64,000 nucleotides of DNA from Thermodesulfobacteriota bacterium. GTDB lineage: Bacteria; Desulfobacterota; Desulfobacteria; Desulfobacterales; SURF-7. The translations under genes were made by a program, and so were the position numbers. Each line of letters starts with the position of its first letter. The stretch's first letter is position 1. Where the stretch lies: contig JBMORA010000031.1 of assembly GCA_049320885.1 (NCBI GenBank), positions 1 to 64,000 on the forward strand. Reading direction: 5' to 3'. Positions 58,118-64,000 of the stretch are shown piece by piece. Under the pieces are notes generated by a model, which saw only the letters and a program-made list of their open reading frames with translations, had not been told where the DNA came from and made no database searches.

Positions 58118-58471
58118 ATGCCCTCCTTTCTGTTGATGACGAAGACGGAACGCCCCATCCGGCGGGTCGGTCATCCGGAACAACGGTTCCAGCGAGGGCC
58201 CCGCCGATGTCAACCTATTCGGATTGTAATAAGAAATCGTCTCAAATGAAAATGGAGAGAGGAGAAGGAGAGCCGCCGCCCAGGGGTTTCCGGCAAATAC
58301 CGCGCAACAGTCTTTTTCGCGGAGCAGTCCGTCCGTTTCCGGTTTGAATCTACTTCCACTTTAAATGGAAAACCACCCTCAGTCAATACAAAACCAAGCA
58401 GTCGTCCCGGAACAACGATTCGATGATTTTTTCTCCGGCTCGGTCACAGTGCGCTTCGGCAGGGGATGGAT

Positions 58472-59266
58472 TTATTGGCTGGCCGGATGGGCGCTTTTTT
58501 TCGCGGCAACGCTTTTCCTGATCCAGTCGATCCAGATGTCAAATCCCTCCCCGGTCTTGGCCGACAGGCGAAAAATCGGCATCTGCGGATGAATCTGGCG
58601 GATATGACCCTCCGCCGCCGCCACATCGAAATCGAGGTAGGGCAAGAGGTCGACCTTGTTCAGCAAAGCCACGTCGCTCTCCCGGAACATCAGGGGATAT
58701 TTCAAGGGTTTGTCCTCCCCTTCGGTGACACTCAGGACCACCGCCCGGGCATCCTCTCCGATATCGAATTCCGCCGGGCACACCAGGTTCCCGATGTTCT
58801 CGACCACCAACAAATCCAAATTGTCGCTGTCGATCCCGTCAAAGGCGGTCTGGATCACATGCGCGGTCAGGTGGCAGTCGCCGCCGAATTCGTCCGTATT
58901 GATCTGCACCACGGGCACACCGGCCCTGGCGAGGCGGTCCGCGTCATTGGTGGTGCAGATGTCGCCCACAATCACGGCGCATTTCAGCTCATCCCGGAGC
59001 AGGTTCAGGGTTTTTTCCAGGGTGGTGGTCTTGCCCGATCCCGGGGAACTCATCATGTTCAAAACAAAAATACCCTTGCCGGAAAAAATCGCACGGTTTC
59101 TGCGGGCCATTTCCTCATTGACGTCCAGCACCCGGCGGAGCACCTTGATCTCCCTTCCGGCCGTGGTCTTGCTTTCCACCCCGCCGCCGTGACGGTGTTC
59201 ATGGTGGTGTTTATGGGAATCCTCATGATGACGGAATCGTATCATCTTCATTTCCACATCCAGCAT
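58472..59266 (-). CDS. hypB: Hydrogenase nickel incorporation GTPase HypB
   Basis: His-rich N-terminus, SSPGSGKTT, CH, ENIGNLVCPAEFD, EGEDKPLKYP, NKVD. Confidence 0.95.
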   Translation of the reverse strand: MLDVEMKMIRFRHHEDSHKHHHEHRHGGGVESKTTAGREIKVLRRVLDVNEEMARRNRAIFSGKGIFVLNMMSSPGSGKTTTLEKTLNLLRDELKCAVIVGDICTTNDADRLARAGVPVVQINTDEFGGDCHLTAHVIQTAFDGIDSDNLDLLVVENIGNLVCPAEFDIGEDARAVVLSVTEGEDKPLKYPLMFRESDVALLNKVDLLPYLDFDVAAAEGHIRQIHPQMPIFRLSAKTGEGFDIWIDWIRKSVAAKKSAHPASQ

Positions 59267-59366
59267 GGCGATAACTCCTGTAAAATTGTAAATTGATCCG
59301 GATGGAACCCGATACCCATCATGCTTGCATCACGCGCTGAAATCAATCATTTTGTGCTGTCCACCG

Positions 59367-60788
59367 TCAAATACCGAACACCCGCTTCATGGGAATCCCC
59401 TCTTCCGGATCGCCCTTCAGCACGGCGTACGCCTTGACCCCCTCGAGTTTCTTGGACAGTCTGGGCACCAGGGAAGTGTTTTTCATCTGCAACTCCATGA
59501 AAATATCCGTGGGCGGCTGGAAGCCCGCCTTGCGGCTCAATTCCCGGGTGAAACAATAAACATCCTCCAGTTCGTCGACCTTGACGATCTGGTTTACATG
59601 CAGGAATATTTCCGGAAAGGTCTTGAAAGCCTCCCGGACCCAGGGCGTATTGGAAAAAGTCTCGGCATAGACCCGTTCAATGCCCATCTCTTCCGCCAGG
59701 CGCAGAATCTCCCGGATCACCTGATAGAAAATGGGCTCGCGGTTTTCCAGCAATCCATCCTGACACTGTCCACTCAGGTCGTCCCGAAGCGCCCGGACGG
59801 TTTCAATGGCGTCCACCGCCAGGGCCATGCGGCCTTCCCCGTTCCGGAGAATGAAAAGCGGCAGCAGGTGGGCCTTCATGACAAACACGCCCTGATGAAA
59901 AACTTTTAAAATCTGATAATTGCGATCCAGGATCCAGGGGAAAACGGTCCAGTAAATGTTCTCCACATGGCGATCGGCCTGGAAGGTCTTTTTGTCCGCA
60001 GTGCAATCTCCGGTCTGTTTCCCCAACAAAAGGTACCGGGAATCGCGACGCGCGAATTCATAATCGATTTCACGTCCCGCCGGGCAGATCAGGCCACCGG
60101 TGCCGGCAAGGGGCGTGATTCTGCCGATCTCGAAAAGGGCCATGGCGATTTCATCGGCAAAAACAGCCAGCCGCTCACTCTTCGGATCGGCGACATCGAA
60201 GGACGTGGCCTGGAAAAGACGCGCAAGGATGTCCTTTGCCAACACCAGGGCCAAGGCCTTCCGACAGGCGGCGCTTCTCTCGCCGGCCCCTATGCTGGCA
60301 ATCTTTCTGGTCAGGATTTTAGCGGCTGCTTGGGGCAATTCTCTTTCCGGGATGGAATTGAGCACATCCCGGCGGATGAAGCCATCGGCCAGAAACGGCC
60401 GCAGATCCGTTTTCCCGGCCCGGAGCAGTTCCTCCTGATTGTCCCGGATGATGCGGCCCACCAGCGACGGCGGGTTCAGATTGCAGAAAGGCTCCAGGCG
60501 CAGATCGAATTCCCTGGCATAATCACGATGCCAGGTATCGAAAAAACCGAACACGGCGGCCTTCAGGTTGAATCCGGGCTTTTCCAGCAATTCCGTGATC
60601 AGCCTGCCGGCGGCCAGATTCAGGCCTTTCTTGTTTTTCCGGGTATTTTTCGGGGAAACGAAGCGATAGTCGCTGGGCAGACGTCCATACAACCGTCTGG
60701 CCTCCTGCAAAGGGATGCAAACCGGTCCGTTATGTTCGGTGAACCCGATAATATACGGGTTGTATTCAGGTCGCTCCGGTGTCGGCAT
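59367..60788 (-). CDS. Hypothetical protein (about 473 aa)
   Basis: Long ORF with backbone-like codon usage, no family recognised; start uncertain. Confidence 0.7.
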   Translation of the reverse strand: MPTPERPEYNPYIIGFTEHNGPVCIPLQEARRLYGRLPSDYRFVSPKNTRKNKKGLNLAAGRLITELLEKPGFNLKAAVFGFFDTWHRDYAREFDLRLEPFCNLNPPSLVGRIIRDNQEELLRAGKTDLRPFLADGFIRRDVLNSIPERELPQAAAKILTRKIASIGAGERSAACRKALALVLAKDILARLFQATSFDVADPKSERLAVFADEIAMALFEIGRITPLAGTGGLICPAGREIDYEFARRDSRYLLLGKQTGDCTADKKTFQADRHVENIYWTVFPWILDRNYQILKVFHQGVFVMKAHLLPLFILRNGEGRMALAVDAIETVRALRDDLSGQCQDGLLENREPIFYQVIREILRLAEEMGIERVYAETFSNTPWVREAFKTFPEIFLHVNQIVKVDELEDVYCFTRELSRKAGFQPPTDIFMELQMKNTSLVPRLSKKLEGVKAYAVLKGDPEEGIPMKRVFGI

Positions 60789-60935
60789 GACAAATTCCGC
60801 CTGGGTTCGTTGGCAATCGGGTTGGTACTTACCCCCCACCGGGTTCTCCCCGCCCGGTGAAACGGAATCACTTTTCTATAATTCCGTCGAAAAGTCAAAC
60901 GGTCCGAAGCGACCATCGCGCTGATTTTTCACGGG

Positions 60936-62726
60936 TCAGAACCCATACCCGCGCCTTACGGTCTCCGGGTCCAGGGACGTCAGCAATTCCTTCATCCGCT
61001 GGGCGACTTCTTCGTACTTCAAGCGGACTTCCTCCCGGAAGTCCTCATGGATCGTATCCATGGCCGCCTTGCATTTTTCCATGATCCGCCGGCTCTGCCG
61101 CCACAGATTCTCGGCCTGCCGCACCGCTTCCTTGGAATTTTTCATGACCGTGCCGGAATACCGGCTGACCTGCTCCTTCAAATATCGATAGCCGTCATCC
61201 AGATGGGAAGAGATCTCATCGACCTTCAGCGTTTCCTGGGTGATCATGTGGAAATGATGCCCCATGATGCAGTATTTGATCACCTCGCCGAACACCTGCC
61301 GGTTTTTGAAAAAATGCCGGCCGACGAATTTCAGGTACTGCCAGCCGTAGGGGCTGAACGACTGCATGGAAAGCGACTTCAACAGCATGAGGATTTCCTT
61401 GCCGCCGATCTCCCGCTCAAAATGGGGTGCCTCCCCCAGATTGTCCAGAAACCGGGTACAGCGGGAGAAGTAGTTTTTCAGGTTTTTGTCGTAAATCGCC
61501 CCCAGCACCTCACGATACCCCGCCTTTAATCGCCCCGGCTCCATCTTCGGCTCGAAATTCAGTCTCAGGCAATGGGTATTGTTGCCGTTGGAAGTCGACC
61601 GGATGCGGCCTTCGCGTTCCAGACGGTGGTACAGATCGGTGCCGGGCAGGGCGGTCAGCAGACCCACCATGGCCTTGGGGATGGCGGCCTGCTGGATGAA
61701 GGATATCTGACGTTGGAAAATTTCTTCCGTATCGTTGTCGAAGCCGAGGATAAACCCCGCCATGACTTCCATTCCATGCCGCTGGATGGATTGCACCGCT
61801 TCCCGTAAATCGGTTTTCAGATTCTGCAGCTTGCCGGTTTCCCTCAGGCTTTCCACTGAAGGCGTCTCGATGCCGATGAACACTTCGTTGAATCCGGCGT
61901 CCCGCATGCGGCTCATCAGCGCGGTGTCTTCCGCCAAGTTGATGCTGGCCTCGGTGAAGAAACGGAAAACAAACCCATGCTCGGATTGCCAGGTCTGCAA
62001 CGCGGGCAGCAAATCCGTTTTCACGCTGCGTTTATTGCCGATGAAGTTGTCGTCCACGATGAAGACAGGCCCCCGCCATCCCAGATGGAAAAGGGTGTCC
62101 AGTTCCGCCAACACATCCCGCGGCGACTTGACCCGGGGACGGTTGCCGTAGACCTTCCAGATATCGCAGAACTCGCATCGGAACGGGCATCCACGGCTGT
62201 ATTGGATGGACATGGAAGCATAGGCATCGAGGTTCAACAGGTCGAAACGGGGAATCCGGCTGCGGGTAATATCCGGTTTTTCCAGACACTGCACCAGGGC
62301 GGGAGCGGTTCCAGCCTCCAGCCGGGCAAAAAAGGACGGAAAAATCTCCTCGATCTCGCCTGCCACAATATGGTCCACGCCGGTTATTTCCCGGAAATGG
62401 GAATTGGCGTAAGGCCCTCCCAGGATCGTCCTTTTTCCCAATCGCCGGCAGGCGGCGACGACCTGTTCCACCGATGCCTGCTGAACGATCATGGCGGAAA
62501 TGAATACCGCGTCGGCCCAGCGGATATCGTCCTCCCGGAGCTCCTCGATGTTCATGTCCACCAGTTTCAACCGGCAGGGATCGGGAAAATACGCCGCCAG
62601 GGAGATCAGTCCCAGGGGCGGCTGGCCGCTCTTTTTCCCGATAAACCGCAGGGCATATTTGAAACTCCAGTAAGTATTGTTCGGCACTTCAGGATAAACC
62701 AATAGAATATTTTGTAATTGCAGCAT
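60936..62726 (-). CDS. B12-binding radical SAM protein (DUF4070-type, HpnP-related family)
   Basis: YWSF..PPLGL, SAMIVQ, SRGCPFRCEFCDI, VDDNFIGNK, GFILGFDND. Confidence 0.9.
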   Translation of the reverse strand: MLQLQNILLVYPEVPNNTYWSFKYALRFIGKKSGQPPLGLISLAAYFPDPCRLKLVDMNIEELREDDIRWADAVFISAMIVQQASVEQVVAACRRLGKRTILGGPYANSHFREITGVDHIVAGEIEEIFPSFFARLEAGTAPALVQCLEKPDITRSRIPRFDLLNLDAYASMSIQYSRGCPFRCEFCDIWKVYGNRPRVKSPRDVLAELDTLFHLGWRGPVFIVDDNFIGNKRSVKTDLLPALQTWQSEHGFVFRFFTEASINLAEDTALMSRMRDAGFNEVFIGIETPSVESLRETGKLQNLKTDLREAVQSIQRHGMEVMAGFILGFDNDTEEIFQRQISFIQQAAIPKAMVGLLTALPGTDLYHRLEREGRIRSTSNGNNTHCLRLNFEPKMEPGRLKAGYREVLGAIYDKNLKNYFSRCTRFLDNLGEAPHFEREIGGKEILMLLKSLSMQSFSPYGWQYLKFVGRHFFKNRQVFGEVIKYCIMGHHFHMITQETLKVDEISSHLDDGYRYLKEQVSRYSGTVMKNSKEAVRQAENLWRQSRRIMEKCKAAMDTIHEDFREEVRLKYEEVAQRMKELLTSLDPETVRRGYGF

Positions 62727-62931
62727 TGTCGAGTCCTCCGACATGTATGAAATTGAATTGGTTTTGATCGGTGTCCATTTCGTGCGAATCGTGGCCCCTG
62801 AATACTCATGTAGCCCGAAGATCACCTGCTGGCAATGTTTATATGCTGCTTTTACAATAGTTTTACAAGGCCTGCATGTCGCCTTCCTACCGACGTTTTC
62901 CGCGAAAAGATTTCGCTGTCGTATCGGGCCG

Positions 62932-63090
62932 GAGCGCCTTTTTCCCGGCGCCGGCAATTTTCGGTGAATGTCCTTGATAAGAATGACATCTATGAATTGA
63001 TTGAGAAGCAGTCCCGGATCATTTTCCGCATTAAACCGGACCGGATCGATGTCCTATCAGTGATCCACGGAGCATGGCGGCTACCGCAAA
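62932..63090 (+). pseudogene. Degenerate RelE/ParE toxin remnant
   Basis: ERLFPGAG in one frame, then DIYELIEKQSRIIFRIKPDRIDVLSVIHGAWRLP in another frame; no N-terminus and no antitoxin. Confidence 0.6.
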
Positions 63091-63435
63091 AAAACAGCCG
63101 GGAAGTGGATTTCCCGGCGGTAAGGTACGATATGGATCTGTCTCTGTCTTTCCGCGGCCTCCTCCCGGGGTGCCAAGATCGCCAGCAAGAAGGTGCTGGA
63201 TCTTTCCAAGTTGATATAAAACTGAGGGCGAGCCAAACATTCTTGATGAAATATCATTACCTATCGGTGAGCACGGCACGGCGGGACTGAATATATGTCA
63301 ATTATTTTGTGAATCCAATGGATTAGTTTTTCAAATATCCCGCAAGATATTGACTTTTTAGTTACATCGGTCTATTCATTCTCTGCATTGCAGCAACTGT
63401 TTGGTAATGCTTAATTTCGATAAAGGAAGTACCCC

Positions 63436-64000
63436 ATGCCAACAATTGTAATATATGGTGCCGGTGGATTCGCCAGAGAGGTCGCCTGGCTCATTCCCTC
63501 ATCCAATATGAAACAATATGAAATCGCATGTTTTATTTCCGATACCCCGGAAGAACAGGGTTTGGTGATCAACGGGATTGCCGTAATGAGCCTTGAAGAG
63601 ACCCGAAAAAGATATCCATCCGCATCAGCCATTGCCGCCATTGGGAATCCCGCTGGCCGGGAAATCATCAGCAACAGGGCAAAAGAAAACGGGTTCTGCT
63701 TCGCAACCATTATACACCAAGAAACCCTGAAGTCCGAATGGATTAAGATCGGCGAGGGAACTGTAATTTGCGCTGGGAATATTTTAACGACAAATATTGA
63801 AATCGGGCGGCACGCCCAGATCAATCTGGGGTGTACCATTGGTCATGATGTTATTATCGGTGATTATTCGACCCTCTCTCCAGGGGTGCATGTCTCCGGT
63901 AGAGTTCATATCGGAAACCGTGTGTATATCGGTACGGGTGCTGTCATTATCGCAGGGACCTCTGAACGTCCCATCGTGATTGAGGATGATGTCGTCATCG
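63436..64000 (+). CDS. NeuD/PglD-family sugar acetyltransferase (truncated by the window end)
   Basis: Manual translation MPTIVIYGAGGFAREV...AIGNP...IHQ...hexapeptide repeats, IGHD; AAGGA RBS. Confidence 0.9.
   Translation, partial: MPTIVIYGAGGFAREVAWLIPSSNMKQYEIACFISDTPEEQGLVINGIAVMSLEETRKRYPSASAIAAIGNPAGREIISNRAKENGFCFATIIHQETLKSEWIKIGEGTVICAGNILTTNIEIGRHAQINLGCTIGHDVIIGDYSTLSPGVHVSGRVHIGNRVYIGTGAVIIAGTSERPIVIEDDVVI

Noticed and set aside
60936..62726. Calling the gene hpnP (hopanoid methylase)
   Set aside because: The family is broad and no hopanoid genes are nearby
62727..62957. Cobalamin riboswitch or N-terminal extension upstream of the B12 radical SAM gene
   Set aside because: No B12-box recognisable and family similarity begins at MLQLQNILLVYP

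Overview
Bacterial genomic window, probably from an anaerobic deltaproteobacterium (Desulfobacterota-like; inferred from gene content such as tungsten AOR, multiple CoA-activase systems and HypB, not proven). A GC-rich backbone is interrupted by visibly more AT-rich segments at about 1-9.7 kb, 43.6-54.5 kb and 62.7-64 kb (judged by eye). Contents in order: rearranged REP-associated tyrosine transposase (RAYT) copies flanking a GntR-regulated operon for a four-subunit ATP-dependent 2-hydroxyacyl-CoA dehydratase / class I aryl-CoA reductase-like enzyme; a hydrolase and sensor kinase cluster; trpEGDCF with a Trp-Trp-Trp leader peptide and tandem terminator hairpins; plsC divergent from a ~1440-aa PlsA/Ger-like double-activase protein (candidate ether-lipid synthase); a two-gene cellulose-synthase-like system; OhrR-like and AOR loci; an island with a secreted repeat protein, AttEFGH-like ABC/lipocalin genes, a radical SAM enzyme and a GT4; TetR-SCP2-M24; hypB; a B12 radical SAM enzyme; and a truncated sugar acetyltransferase. 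The most striking system is the minimal cellulose-type operon: a signal peptide and GH8 glucanase (BcsZ-like) fused to a BcsA-like synthase with tandem PilZ motifs, followed by a TPR plus beta-barrel BcsC-like exporter, with no bcsB in the window. No rRNA, tRNA or CRISPR array was seen. All family calls come from motif recognition; no database search was run.
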